Shown piece after piece: positions 27,483 through 39,363 of a stretch of 64,000 bases of DNA. The notes beneath the pieces were generated by a model, which worked only from the letters and a program-made list of their open reading frames with translations, had not been told where the DNA came from and made no database searches. The first letter of the stretch is position 1, and every line of letters starts with the position of its first letter. Source of the stretch: Thermoanaerobaculia bacterium. Lineage in GTDB: Bacteria; Acidobacteriota; Thermoanaerobaculia; Gp7-AA8. The DNA lies in the NCBI GenBank assembly GCA_035536275.1, contig DATLOL010000196.1, positions 1,196-65,195 of the forward strand, written 5' to 3'. The position numbers and the translations under genes are program-made.

Positions 27483-28805
27483 CTAGAAGAGTGCCCGCTG
27501 TTGCACCTGTTTTTCCGCGACGGCCGGTGACGAGCTCACGAGCTGGGGAAGCAGGCGGGCGACATTCGCGCGGAATTGCGTCAGCGACGGGCCGCGGAGC
27601 GGATCGGGAGTGATCGATTTGAGCTGCAGCGGATTCAGCCACTTCCCGTTTTCCGACACGCGGTAATCGAGGTGCGGGCCGGACGCGAGGCCGGTCATGC
27701 CGACGTAGCCGATGACGTCGCCCTGCGTCACGCGCGTGCCCTTCTTCAGGCCCTTGCGGAACCGCGAGAGGTGCAGGTAGCAGGTGTCGTAGCGCGAGGA
27801 GTGACGGACGCGGATGAAGTTCCCCTCACCCGGCTTGTAGCGCGCCTCGACGACGACGCCGTCCGCCGTGGTCATGACCGGCGTGCCGGTCGGCGCGCCG
27901 TAGTCGATGCCGTAGTGCGGGCGGAAGTACTTCAGCACCGGATGGAAGCGCCGCTTCGTGAAGCCGGACGTGACTCGCGTGAACTTCAGCGGCGCCTTGA
28001 GGAACTGCTTGCGCAGGGGCGTGCCGCTCGCGCCGTAATAGCCGCCGCGCCCATCGGTCTCGTGGCGGAAGGCCTCGTAGGTGGTGCCGCGGTGGGTGAA
28101 ACGGGCCGCTTTCACCGGGCCGTAGCCCAGGAGATCGGTGCCGGCGTACTGTTTGGAGACGACGACGCTGAACGAGTCGCCCTTGCGCAGCTCGAAGAAG
28201 TCGATGTCCCACTGGAAGACGTCGGTGAGCTGCTGCACGAGCTGCGGGCCTTCGCCCTGCTCGCGCAGCGCCTCGTAGAGCGAGCGGTCGATGGTCGCCG
28301 CGACGGCCGTCTCCACCTGGCGGATGACGGCCTGCTGGGCCGTGACGTCGAAGGCGTCGCCGTTGCGGACGGCGTTCAGCTCGCCCCATCCGGTGATCTT
28401 CATCTGCACCGCGTCGACGACGCCCGCGCGGTCGTAGTGAAAGCGCACGAGCTGTCCGGGGCGAAGGCGGCGCACGTCGATCGACTTCGCGAGCTGCGTG
28501 GTGAGCGCGTTGCTCTCGCCGCGCGTGAGACCGCCGGCGCCGAGGAGCTTGTCGAGCGTGTCGTTCTTCTCGACGGTGAGGATGAGCGAGTGCTCGGGAA
28601 GGTCGGCCTGCCGGGAAGCCTGCAACTCGGCGTACTTCATCTGCACCGGCGGCGCGAGCGATGCCTGCACGGGTCCGCCGAGCTCCGGCTGGGCTTTCAC
28701 GGCCGCGAGGAACAGCGGAATCGCGAGCGGGAACGCAAGCGCCAGCATCACCCGTGGCCGCTTCAGCACCCCGCCCGTACGTCTTCCTTTGTGAAGTTTG
28801 ACCAT
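27483..28805 (-). CDS. M23 family peptidoglycan DD-endopeptidase (MepM/OapA-like); start uncertain
   Basis: HYGIDYGAP, HLS and GPHLDY motifs; QWDIDF..LRKGD domain. Confidence 0.9.
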   Translation of the reverse strand: MVKLHKGRRTGGVLKRPRVMLALAFPLAIPLFLAAVKAQPELGGPVQASLAPPVQMKYAELQASRQADLPEHSLILTVEKNDTLDKLLGAGGLTRGESNALTTQLAKSIDVRRLRPGQLVRFHYDRAGVVDAVQMKITGWGELNAVRNGDAFDVTAQQAVIRQVETAVAATIDRSLYEALREQGEGPQLVQQLTDVFQWDIDFFELRKGDSFSVVVSKQYAGTDLLGYGPVKAARFTHRGTTYEAFRHETDGRGGYYGASGTPLRKQFLKAPLKFTRVTSGFTKRRFHPVLKYFRPHYGIDYGAPTGTPVMTTADGVVVEARYKPGEGNFIRVRHSSRYDTCYLHLSRFRKGLKKGTRVTQGDVIGYVGMTGLASGPHLDYRVSENGKWLNPLQLKSITPDPLRGPSLTQFRANVARLLPQLVSSSPAVAEKQVQQRALF

Positions 28806-28829
28806 CAGTACTCGAGAACCTGGCGGTTT

Positions 28830-29651
28830 TTACTTCGTCGGCGGGTCGAATGACAACGTCTGCGTGGCCGCCTTCGGCACATCGGGGACGTCAGCGCGGC
28901 GGTAGCCGACGGGCAGGCGGAACATCGACGGGTCGGCGGTCATCTCGCGGATCGAGCTGACCCACATCTCGCGCACGATCGTCTTCGTGGTCGGTGTTTT
29001 CAGCTCGGATCGCGACGGCGGCAGGTCCGCGACCGCGCGCGTGGTCACCGTCTGCCGCAGCGGGAATCCCTTCACCTTCAGCGCCTCGCTGTCGAGCAGG
29101 CGATCGATGTCCACGTTCCCGGTGCGGAGCGTGGAGAGGAACGAGGTGGCCGACGACGACGCGAAGTCGGTCGTGGCCCAGGTGTCGACGTCGGTCTCGA
29201 CGCGCTGCTTGAGAGGGATGCCTTTCACCGTGACGGTGATGTCGTAGCGCATCGACAGGCGGGAATGATCGGTGGCGTGGCCCGCGATCACGGGGCGGTC
29301 TTCGCGCATCTCGAAGCTCGACTTGAAGTTCGAGATGCGGATGTTGCTGTTGCCCAGCGCGGAGGCGACCGTGGCGGTGTCGACCTCGGTGAACCACTGC
29401 TTGGTCGGGTCGACGAAGAGGAGGCGGCGGGCCGCGTCGGTGGAGATGACGTAAGTGCCGGGGGGATAGAGGGTGCCGCCGATGAAGTCGACGCGCGATT
29501 TGTCGCCGTCGACGATGGCCCGGGCGGTGAGGTCGGTGACCGGCTCGACGGCGGCGGGAGTCGAGTTCTTCTGGGTGAACTCGTACTGGATGGCGGCGGA
29601 AGCTGAGACTGCGATGAGCGAGAGCGCTACCGTAACCAGCAGCTTTTTCAT
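28830..29651 (-). CDS. Secreted hypothetical protein (DUF4412-like)
   Basis: Signal peptide MKKLLVTVALSLIAVSASA; IAGHAT and KGFPLR segments; C-terminal FRLPVGY. Confidence 0.55.
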   Translation of the reverse strand: MKKLLVTVALSLIAVSASAAIQYEFTQKNSTPAAVEPVTDLTARAIVDGDKSRVDFIGGTLYPPGTYVISTDAARRLLFVDPTKQWFTEVDTATVASALGNSNIRISNFKSSFEMREDRPVIAGHATDHSRLSMRYDITVTVKGIPLKQRVETDVDTWATTDFASSSATSFLSTLRTGNVDIDRLLDSEALKVKGFPLRQTVTTRAVADLPPSRSELKTPTTKTIVREMWVSSIREMTADPSMFRLPVGYRRADVPDVPKAATQTLSFDPPTK

Positions 29652-29738
29652 AGAGATCCCTCCACGCACGGGCGCAGTATAGGGACAAAGTAAAGTTATG
29701 GCGCTATCACATATAATTATTCGCCGGTCTTTCCTGAG

Positions 29739-30015
29739 TGTCATTCCGAGCCGCCGGAGCCGCGGACGCGGCGCAGGACGGTCGAGGAATCCCCCGATTC
29801 GGGCGCGGCCGTCTCGTTACAGCAGGGGATCCTTCGACCGTCTGCGCGGCGAGGGATGACACCTCGGATGACACCTGTTGCGGATGGTGCTGTGTCATTC
29901 CCAGCCGCCGGAGCCGCGGACGCAGCGCAGGACGGTCGAGGATCCCCTGATTCGGGCGCGGCCGTCTCGTTTCAGCAGGGGATCCCTCGACCGTCTTCGC
30001 GGCGAGGGATGACAC
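29739..30015. repeat. Two tandem ~123-bp REP-like palindromic elements (29739..29862 and 29893..30015)
   Basis: TGTCATTCC..GACGGTCGAGG(A/G)ATCCCC..GGGGATCC(T/C)TCGACCGTC..GGGATGACAC in both. Confidence 0.9.
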
Positions 30016-30063
30016 TCGAGGCTCATCAGCAATATTTGGTATCCCTCCCCCGTTGGGTCGGCC

Positions 30064-30735
30064 ATGTCCACAAGGAGATCGATCGCGGCCCTGCTGTTCG
30101 TGTCCGTCGCCCTCGCCGCCCCTTCGTACGCGGCGAACGTCACGCTCGAGCAGGTGATCAAGAAGGTGCAGGAGCAGCAGCGCCGGACGCACACGCTGCA
30201 GGCCGACTTCCGCCAGGAGAAAGAGCTCGCGCTCATGGCCAGGCCCGAGGTCTCCTCGGGGACGTTCACGTACTCGCAGCCGAACAACGTCCTCTGGACG
30301 TACACCGCTCCGAAGCGCGTGCAGATGGTCATCGCCAACGGTGTCATGACCACCTACTACGCCGACCTCGGCAAGGCCGAGCGCATCGACGTGAAGAAGT
30401 TCGAGGACCGCATCTTCAAGTACATGGGCGCGTCCGGCGCGATCGACGAGCTCGCGCGCTATTTCGACTTCACCTTCACCGACTCGAAGTCGAAGCCGGT
30501 GTGGGTGCTCGATCTCACGCCGAAGAATCGCGCCGTGGCCAAGCGCGTGAAGCGCATCAAGCTGTCCATCGACAAGCAGACCTATCTCACCAGCCGGATC
30601 GAGTACGTCGAAGGCGACGGCGACATCACGCGCTACGAGTTCACCAACATCCGCATCAACCAGCCGGTGCCGCCGAGCCGCTTTGCCATCGCCCTTCCGT
30701 CGAACGTGAAGGTCGAGCAGATGAAGGTGCAGTAG
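30064..30735 (+). CDS. lolA: Outer-membrane lipoprotein carrier LolA family
   Basis: LQADFRQEK, SGTF...P....W.Y..P fold pattern; signal peptide. Confidence 0.8.
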   Translation: MSTRRSIAALLFVSVALAAPSYAANVTLEQVIKKVQEQQRRTHTLQADFRQEKELALMARPEVSSGTFTYSQPNNVLWTYTAPKRVQMVIANGVMTTYYADLGKAERIDVKKFEDRIFKYMGASGAIDELARYFDFTFTDSKSKPVWVLDLTPKNRAVAKRVKRIKLSIDKQTYLTSRIEYVEGDGDITRYEFTNIRINQPVPPSRFAIALPSNVKVEQMKVQ

Positions 30736-30736
30736 A

Positions 30737-30766
30737 AGTGCTGAGTGCCGAGTGCTGAGTGCTGAG
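30737..30766. repeat. Tandem AGTGCTG heptamers
   Basis: agtgctg-agtgccg-agtgctg-agtgctg-ag. Confidence 0.8.
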
Positions 30767-31879
30767 AAGAAGCGGCTGACGTTCGAGCTGCTGCATCAGG
30801 ACGGTGCCGCGCGTCTCGGGCGACTCGAGACGCCGCATGGATTCATCGACACACCCGTGTTCATGCCGGTGGGCACGCGTGCGTCGGTGAAGGGTCTGAC
30901 GACGGATCAGCTCCAGCGGCTCGCGCCGCAGATCATCCTCAACAACACTTACCACCTCATGCTCCGCCCGGGCGTGGACCTCGTCGAGCAGCTCGGCGGC
31001 GTGCACAAGTTCATGGGCTGGAACGGCGCGGTGCTCACGGACTCGGGTGGCTTTCAGCTCTACTCGCTGGCATCGATCCGCAAGATCCGCGAGGAAGGCG
31101 TCGAGTTCCGGAGCCACATCGACGGCTCGCCGTACTTTCTCTCTCCCGAGACCTCGGTGCAGATTCAAACGCGGATGGGCGTCGACATCGCCATGGCCTT
31201 CGACGAGTGCCCGGCGTACGGCATCTCGCACGGCGAGGTCGAGAAGTCGATGGAGATGACGCATCGCTGGGCGAAGCGCTCGCTCGCGAGCCGCACCACC
31301 TCGGCACTGTTCGGCATCGTGCAGGGCGGCGTGCATCTGGATCTGCGCAAGCGCAGCGTCGAGGAGATCGCGGCCATGGACTTCGACGGCGTCGCCATCG
31401 GCGGTGTGTCCGTCGGCGAGCCGAAAGAAGAGATGATGCAGATCGTCGACTTCACCGCGCCGATCCTGCCGAAGGATCGCCCGCGTTACCTGATGGGCGT
31501 GGGCACGCCCGAGGATCTGGTGAACAGCGTGGCGGCGGGAATCGACATGTTCGATTGCGTGATGCCGACGCGGAACGCCCGCAACGGCTCGCTCTTCACG
31601 AGCGAGGGCAAGATCCACATCAAGAACGCGCGCTTCGCGGCGGACTCCGGACCGCTCGATCCGAACTGCTCGTGCACCACCTGCACGACCGTTTCCCGCG
31701 CGTATCTGCGACACCTGTACGTCAACGACGAGATCGCCGCGAGCGTGTACAACACCATCCACAACGTTTCGTTCTACCTTGACTTGATGCGATCGATCCG
31801 GCAGGCTATCGCGTCCAATTCGTTTACCTCCTTCCGCGAAGGATTCCTGTCGCGGCTTTCGAGAGAACAAAATCTATGA
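30752..31879 (+). CDS. tgt: Queuine tRNA-ribosyltransferase; start approximate
   Basis: TPVFMPVGT, NTYHL, DSGGFQ, GIVQGG, DMFDCV and zinc-binding CSCTTC. Confidence 0.96.
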   Translation: MLSAEKKRLTFELLHQDGAARLGRLETPHGFIDTPVFMPVGTRASVKGLTTDQLQRLAPQIILNNTYHLMLRPGVDLVEQLGGVHKFMGWNGAVLTDSGGFQLYSLASIRKIREEGVEFRSHIDGSPYFLSPETSVQIQTRMGVDIAMAFDECPAYGISHGEVEKSMEMTHRWAKRSLASRTTSALFGIVQGGVHLDLRKRSVEEIAAMDFDGVAIGGVSVGEPKEEMMQIVDFTAPILPKDRPRYLMGVGTPEDLVNSVAAGIDMFDCVMPTRNARNGSLFTSEGKIHIKNARFAADSGPLDPNCSCTTCTTVSRAYLRHLYVNDEIAASVYNTIHNVSFYLDLMRSIRQAIASNSFTSFREGFLSRLSREQNL

Positions 31880-32190
31880 ATGCGATAGCTCTGCTTCAAA
31901 CGGGCGGCAGCGGCGCGGCCGCCATCGCCAACTTTCTTCCGATCATCGCGATCGGCCTCGTTTTCTACTTCCTGGTCATCGCTCCGGCGAACAAGCAGCG
32001 GAAGAAAACGCAGGAAATGCTCAGCACGCTGAAGAAGGGCGATCGGGTGCTGACCACGGGTGGGATTTACGGGACGGTTCAAGGTGTTGAGCCGGACGCC
32101 GTCTACCTCAAAATCGCCGAAAACGTGAAGGTCAAGGTGGCTCGGTCTGCGATCTCCGGCATCGTTTCCGGCGAGTCGGATGCGCAGTAG
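31876..32190 (+). CDS. yajC: Preprotein translocase subunit YajC
   Basis: FYFLVIAP.NKQRK, LKKGDRVLTTGGIYG. Confidence 0.95.
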   Translation: MNAIALLQTGGSGAAAIANFLPIIAIGLVFYFLVIAPANKQRKKTQEMLSTLKKGDRVLTTGGIYGTVQGVEPDAVYLKIAENVKVKVARSAISGIVSGESDAQ

Positions 32191-32213
32191 CAGCTCGTGC
32201 TCGGAGGACTCCT

Positions 32214-33779
32214 TTGAATAGAAACGTCATTTGGAAAGTGTTGCTGATCCTCGGTGTGCTGGCGGTGTTCACCGCGGCCATCATTCCGACGAAGAGCAGA
32301 CCGCAGCCGATCCGGCGCGGTCTCGATCTCAAAGGCGGCATTCAGCTCGTCATGAAGGTCAACGTCAACGAGGCCACGCGCCTCGAGGTCGATCAGGCGA
32401 TGAACTCGCTGCGCACTCAGGCGCAGACGCAGAACATCCCCGTGCCGACCACGCGCCGCATCAGCGACAGCGCGTTCGTGGCCACGCTCCCCCCGGGTGT
32501 CGACACGGGCGCCTATGAGCGCATCGCCAGCGACTACCTGCCGTCGTTCGAGGTCGCGAAGTCGGCCGGTGGGGTCACCTACACGATGAAGCAGGGGGCG
32601 GTGAAAACGCTCCAGCGTGAGACCGTCGAGCAGGCCAAGGAAGCGATCGACCGGCGCGTCAACGCCCTCGGCGTCGCGGAGCCGGTGATCGTCGTCGAAG
32701 GCGAGGATCGCATCAACATCCAGCTCCCGGGCGTGGACGATCCCGCGCGCGTGAAGGACATCATCAAGACCACGGCGCAGCTCCAGTTCCGGCTCGTGGA
32801 GAACGGCACGGCTCCGACGGCCGAGGCGCTCTACCAGATGCTGCCGCCGGCGATGCGCGAGCAGGTGGACATCCTCCCCGGCAACAGCGAGGACGATCTC
32901 GGCCGCGTCACGGGCACCGTGTTCTACGCGGTCAACAAGAACATCCCGGTCAGCGGGCGCGATCTGAAGAACGCGCGCGTGCAAAAGGGCCGCGTGGGCG
33001 AGCCGGTGATCGGCTTCACCCTGACCCCGGACGGCTCGCCGAAGTTCTCGGCGCTCACGGGCGGCAACACGGGCCGCCAGCTCGCGATCGTGCTCGACAA
33101 CAAGGTCGTGTCGGCGCCGCGCATCGAGAACCAGATCGACGGCGAAGGCGTGATCCAGGGCAGCTTCACGCAGCAGCAGGCGGCCGATCTCTCGCTGGTC
33201 CTGCGCAGCGGCTCGCTGCCGGCGTCGCTGACGACGCTGGAAGAGCGCACCGTCGGTCCGTCGCTCGGACGCGACTCGATCCGCCAGGGCCTTACGGCGT
33301 CGCTCGTGGGCTTCGCGCTGCTGGTCCTTGCGATCATCCTCTACTACAGGGGCGCGGGCGTGAACGCCGTGCTCGCGCTGCTCCTGAACCTGGTGATCCT
33401 CCTCGGCATGATGGCGTACTTCAACGCTGCGCTGACGCTGCCCGGCATCGCCGGCATCGTCCTCACGCTGGGCATGGCCGTCGACTCGAACGTGCTCGTC
33501 TTCGAGCGCATCCGCGAGGAGATGAGCGAAGGCAAGACCGTTCGCGCGTCGATCGAGCAGGGCTTCGCCCGCGCGTTCGCGACGATCATCGACACGCACA
33601 TCACCACCATCCTCTCGGCCCTGTTCCTCTTCCAGTTCGGTACGGGCCCGATCAAGGGCTTTGCCGTGACCCTGCTCATCGGTCTCGGCGCGTCGGTCTT
33701 CACGGCCTTCTTCGTGTCGCGGATGATCTTCGACATCGTTTACAAGCCGGGCGACCGCCCGAAAGAGCTCAGCATCTAA
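32214..33779 (+). CDS. secD: Protein translocase subunit SecD
   Basis: RGLDLKGG, RRVNALGVAEP, VGPSLG, GMAVDSNVLVFERIREE. Confidence 0.96.
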   Translation: MNRNVIWKVLLILGVLAVFTAAIIPTKSRPQPIRRGLDLKGGIQLVMKVNVNEATRLEVDQAMNSLRTQAQTQNIPVPTTRRISDSAFVATLPPGVDTGAYERIASDYLPSFEVAKSAGGVTYTMKQGAVKTLQRETVEQAKEAIDRRVNALGVAEPVIVVEGEDRINIQLPGVDDPARVKDIIKTTAQLQFRLVENGTAPTAEALYQMLPPAMREQVDILPGNSEDDLGRVTGTVFYAVNKNIPVSGRDLKNARVQKGRVGEPVIGFTLTPDGSPKFSALTGGNTGRQLAIVLDNKVVSAPRIENQIDGEGVIQGSFTQQQAADLSLVLRSGSLPASLTTLEERTVGPSLGRDSIRQGLTASLVGFALLVLAIILYYRGAGVNAVLALLLNLVILLGMMAYFNAALTLPGIAGIVLTLGMAVDSNVLVFERIREEMSEGKTVRASIEQGFARAFATIIDTHITTILSALFLFQFGTGPIKGFAVTLLIGLGASVFTAFFVSRMIFDIVYKPGDRPKELSI

Positions 33780-33798
33780 AGGCGGCGAGGACACCACC

Positions 33799-34998
33799 AT
33801 GCGCATTTTCGACAACCCCAATTACAACTTCGTCAAATACCGCTGGCATGCGGTCGCGATCTCGCTGCTGATCATCGCGGTGGGCCTCGGCGTGTTCCTC
33901 ACCCGCGGCGTCAACCTCGGCATCGACTTCGCCGGCGGCGCGAACGTGATCCTCAAGTTCCGCGAGGCCGTTCCGGTCGGACAGCTTCGCTCCGACCTGA
34001 CCACCGCCACGATCCAGCAGTATGGCCAGGCGAAGGACAACGAGGTGCTGATCCGCCTTCCGAAGCAGGCCAGCGAAGGCGACTACGCCGGCGCGGTCGT
34101 GGAGAAGCTCCACAAAGGCCTGAATCCGGAAGCCGCGGCCAAGCACGACCTGAACTACCTCGGCAGCGACCGTCTGTCCGCTCTGCTCATCCAGGCCGAT
34201 CCGGACAATCGCGGCACCAACCCCACGGCCCTCGCGTACTACCGCGACCTCTCGCGCCGCGTCATCGAGAAGCGCTCCGAGCTCGGTATCTTCCGCTCGA
34301 TGAACGAGGTCACCTCGGTTCAGGGCGTGAGCGCGAATGCCGCGAAGCTCCTCAACGAGAAGGCCTTCCTCGGCAAGTTCAACCTGCTCAATCAGGAGAC
34401 TGTCGGTCCTCAGATCGGCGGCCAGCTCCAGCAGAAGGCGATGTGGGCGATCATCCTGTCGTCGCTGGCGATGGGTCTGTACATCTGGCTGCGCTTCGAC
34501 TTCGTGTTCGGCGTGTCGGCGATGATGTGCATCATCCACGACGTGGCGATCGCCATGACGTTCCTGCTGCTGCTGAACCTCGAGTTCTCGCTGAACGTCG
34601 TCGCCGCGATCCTGACCATCGTCGGTTACTCGATCAACGACACGGTCGTTCTGTACGACCGAGTGCGCGAGAACAAGCGCAAGATCAAGAAGCCGATGTC
34701 GCTCGGCGAGCACCTCAACCTGGCCATGAACCAGACCCTGTCGCGCACGATCCTGACCTCGGGAACGGTGTTCCTGGTCCTGATCGCGATGCTGATCTTC
34801 GGCGGTGAAGTGATTCGCGGCTTCTCGTGGATCCTGACCATCGGCGTCATCAGCGGCACGTACTCGACGCTGCTGATCGTCCCGGCCGTTGCGCTGGCGT
34901 TCGACAAGTGGAACGCGCGCCGCCGTCCGGCCGCCGCCGCCGCGCGCGTCGAGACGCCGGCCATCGAGCCCTCGGTGCGCAAGCGCCGCGCGAGCTGA
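33799..34998 (+). CDS. secF: Protein translocase subunit SecF
   Basis: LGIDFAGG, VGPQIG, GYSINDTVVLYDRVRE, QTLSRT. Confidence 0.96.
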   Translation: MRIFDNPNYNFVKYRWHAVAISLLIIAVGLGVFLTRGVNLGIDFAGGANVILKFREAVPVGQLRSDLTTATIQQYGQAKDNEVLIRLPKQASEGDYAGAVVEKLHKGLNPEAAAKHDLNYLGSDRLSALLIQADPDNRGTNPTALAYYRDLSRRVIEKRSELGIFRSMNEVTSVQGVSANAAKLLNEKAFLGKFNLLNQETVGPQIGGQLQQKAMWAIILSSLAMGLYIWLRFDFVFGVSAMMCIIHDVAIAMTFLLLLNLEFSLNVVAAILTIVGYSINDTVVLYDRVRENKRKIKKPMSLGEHLNLAMNQTLSRTILTSGTVFLVLIAMLIFGGEVIRGFSWILTIGVISGTYSTLLIVPAVALAFDKWNARRRPAAAAARVETPAIEPSVRKRRAS

Positions 34999-35003
34999 TT
35001 GCT

Positions 35004-35050
35004 CCTATAGGACGTATAGGACCTATACGACTCATAAGTCGTATAGGTCC
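35004..35050. repeat. 9-bp-period CCTATAGG-type tandem repeat
   Basis: cctataggacgtataggacctatacgactcataagtcgtataggtcc. Confidence 0.8.
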
Positions 35051-35089
35051 GCTTTTGGTTTCGTGCGGCGGCCGGATAGACTCCGACCC

Positions 35090-37357
<2,268 letters not shown>

Positions 37358-37359
37358 AA

Positions 37360-37400
37360 CCTATAGGTCCTATAGGTCTCATACGTCCTATCCGACCTAG
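37360..37400. repeat. 9-bp-period CCTATAGG-type tandem repeat
   Basis: cctataggtcctataggtctcatacgtcctatccgacctag. Confidence 0.8.
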
Positions 37401-37780
37401 TTCGCCGGCATACAGCTCTTCACCAGCGCGCTGAGCGCGCCGATGTCGAAGGGCTTGGGCAGGAAGGCGCAGATGCCGGCGTTGACGGCCACGGCGACGT
37501 CGGGGTCGCGGTTGGCGCTCACGATGATCACCGGGATGCGGCTCAGGGCGGGGTCGTGCTGGCGTTCGCGAAGCACGTCCCACCCGGACAGGACCGGCAT
37601 CATCAGGTCGAGCACGACCACATCAGGCCGCTGCTCGCGCATGAGGTCCAGCGCCTCGCGCCCGTTGGGGGCTTCGTAGAACGAATACCCATCCCGCCGC
37701 AACGCCGCCACGATCATCCGGCGGATATTCGGATCATCGTCGACGACGAGCACGGAAAAATTACGAACTTCCGCGTCCAC
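37397..37780 (-). CDS. Single-domain response regulator
   Basis: LVVDDD, LDLMMP..SG, FLPKPF. Confidence 0.9.
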   Translation of the reverse strand: MDAEVRNFSVLVVDDDPNIRRMIVAALRRDGYSFYEAPNGREALDLMREQRPDVVVLDLMMPVLSGWDVLRERQHDPALSRIPVIIVSANRDPDVAVAVNAGICAFLPKPFDIGALSALVKSCMPAN

Positions 37781-37824
37781 CGCGTCGGAATTATGCCCGA
37801 GATGAGTCGTTAAAGCGCAAGTCA

Positions 37825-38913
37825 GTGAAGATTGCAGTCGCCATGTCGGGCGGCGTCGACTCGTCGACGGCCGCGTATCTGCTCAAGTCGCAGGGCCATG
37901 AGGTGATCGGTCTCTCCATGCAGATGTACGACAACCTCAGCGCTTCTTCCACAAGCGCCGACTCGACCTATGGCGGATGCTGCACGATCGACGACCTCAC
38001 CGACGCGAAGCGCGTCGCGTGGCGTTTGGAGATCCCACACTTCACGCTCAATCTCGAGTCGAACTTCCACGAGAAGGTCATCACACCGTTCGTCCAGGGG
38101 TATCTGTCCGGCACCACGCCGAGCCCGTGCGTGCTGTGCAACACACATGTGAAGTTCGACCTCTTTCACCAGAAGGCGATGGCCATCGGCGCGGACAAAA
38201 TCGCCACCGGTCATTACGCGCGAGTGACGAAGGCAAACGGTCATTACGAGCTGCGCAAGGCCGTCGATCTGGCGAAGGACCAGTCGTACTTTCTCTTCGA
38301 GCTCTCGCAGGCGCAGTTGTCCGAGTCTTTGTTTCCGCTGGGTGACCTGACCAAGCCGGAGGTGCGCGATATCGCCGAGCAGGCCGGTTTGTCGGTCGCA
38401 CGCAAGAAAGAGTCGTACGAAATCTGCTTCGTCCCGGAGAAGGACGGCTACGCAAAGATCGTCGAGCGCGAGTCCGGGATCGCGAAGAGTGAGGCGGCGG
38501 GCGAGATCGTGGACATGGACGGCAACGTCGTCGGCATCCACGACGCGTACTACGCGTTCACCATCGGCCAGCGCCGCGGTCTCGACATCGGCGGCTCGGC
38601 CGAGCGCACGTATGTCGTCGACGTGAATCCTTTCACGAAGCGCGTGACGGTGGGACCGGCGTCCGCACTGGAGCGCGATGAGCTGATCGCCGAGCGTGTG
38701 CACTGGGTCGCCGGCGCGCCGCCGTCGGGCCCGATCGAGGTGCAGGCCCGCGTGCGCTCGCGCATGGCCGACGTCGCGGCGACGGTCATTCCGCTCGACG
38801 CCGATCAGGCGCGGGTCTCGTTCGCACACAAGCTGCGAGCGGTCGCACCGGGACAGGCCGTCGTGTTCTACCAGGACGACCTCTGTTTAGGCGGCGGCTG
38901 GATTCGGCGGTAA
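37825..38913 (+). CDS. mnmA: tRNA-specific 2-thiouridylase MnmA
   Basis: AMSGGVDSS, PSPCVLCN, ATGHYA, KDQSYFL, GQAVVFY. Confidence 0.96.
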   Translation: MKIAVAMSGGVDSSTAAYLLKSQGHEVIGLSMQMYDNLSASSTSADSTYGGCCTIDDLTDAKRVAWRLEIPHFTLNLESNFHEKVITPFVQGYLSGTTPSPCVLCNTHVKFDLFHQKAMAIGADKIATGHYARVTKANGHYELRKAVDLAKDQSYFLFELSQAQLSESLFPLGDLTKPEVRDIAEQAGLSVARKKESYEICFVPEKDGYAKIVERESGIAKSEAAGEIVDMDGNVVGIHDAYYAFTIGQRRGLDIGGSAERTYVVDVNPFTKRVTVGPASALERDELIAERVHWVAGAPPSGPIEVQARVRSRMADVAATVIPLDADQARVSFAHKLRAVAPGQAVVFYQDDLCLGGGWIRR

Positions 38914-38941
38914 CATCCCTCCGTAACTAAAGGAGGAGTGC

Positions 38942-39322
38942 ATGGCCAATCGTGTCGCAACGATCCTCGGTATCGGCTTTCTCCTGGTCGGAATCATCGG
39001 CTTCATCGCCCCGGCAATCCTCGGGATGCACCTCACCCTGGCGCACAACATCGTGCACCTCGTCACCGGCGCGGTCTCGCTCTGGCTCGGGCTGAAAGGG
39101 ACGCCCGGCGCGGCGAAGACGTTCTGCCTGGTCTTCGGCGCCGTCTACCTGCTCCTCGGCATCGCCGGATTCGTCGCCGGCAGCGGCCCCGATCGGATGC
39201 TCGAGCTCCTGCCCGGACAGCTCATGTTCGGCACGATGGATCACATCGTCCACGTGCTTCTCGGCGCGATCTACCTGATCGGCGGGTTGAGCACGCGTAC
39301 CGTCGTCGCGCGAACGGCCTAG
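38942..39322 (+). CDS. DUF4383-like membrane protein
   Basis: HNIVHLVTG, GAVYLLLGIAG, DHIVH hydrophobic pattern. Confidence 0.7.
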   Translation: MANRVATILGIGFLLVGIIGFIAPAILGMHLTLAHNIVHLVTGAVSLWLGLKGTPGAAKTFCLVFGAVYLLLGIAGFVAGSGPDRMLELLPGQLMFGTMDHIVHVLLGAIYLIGGLSTRTVVARTA

Positions 39323-39324
39323 GG

Positions 39325-39363
39325 CCTATGGGACCTATAGGCCGTACGTCCTATAGGTCCTAC
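39325..39363. repeat. 9-bp-period CCTATAGG-type tandem repeat
   Basis: cctatgggacctataggccgtacgtcctataggtcctac between convergent stops. Confidence 0.8.
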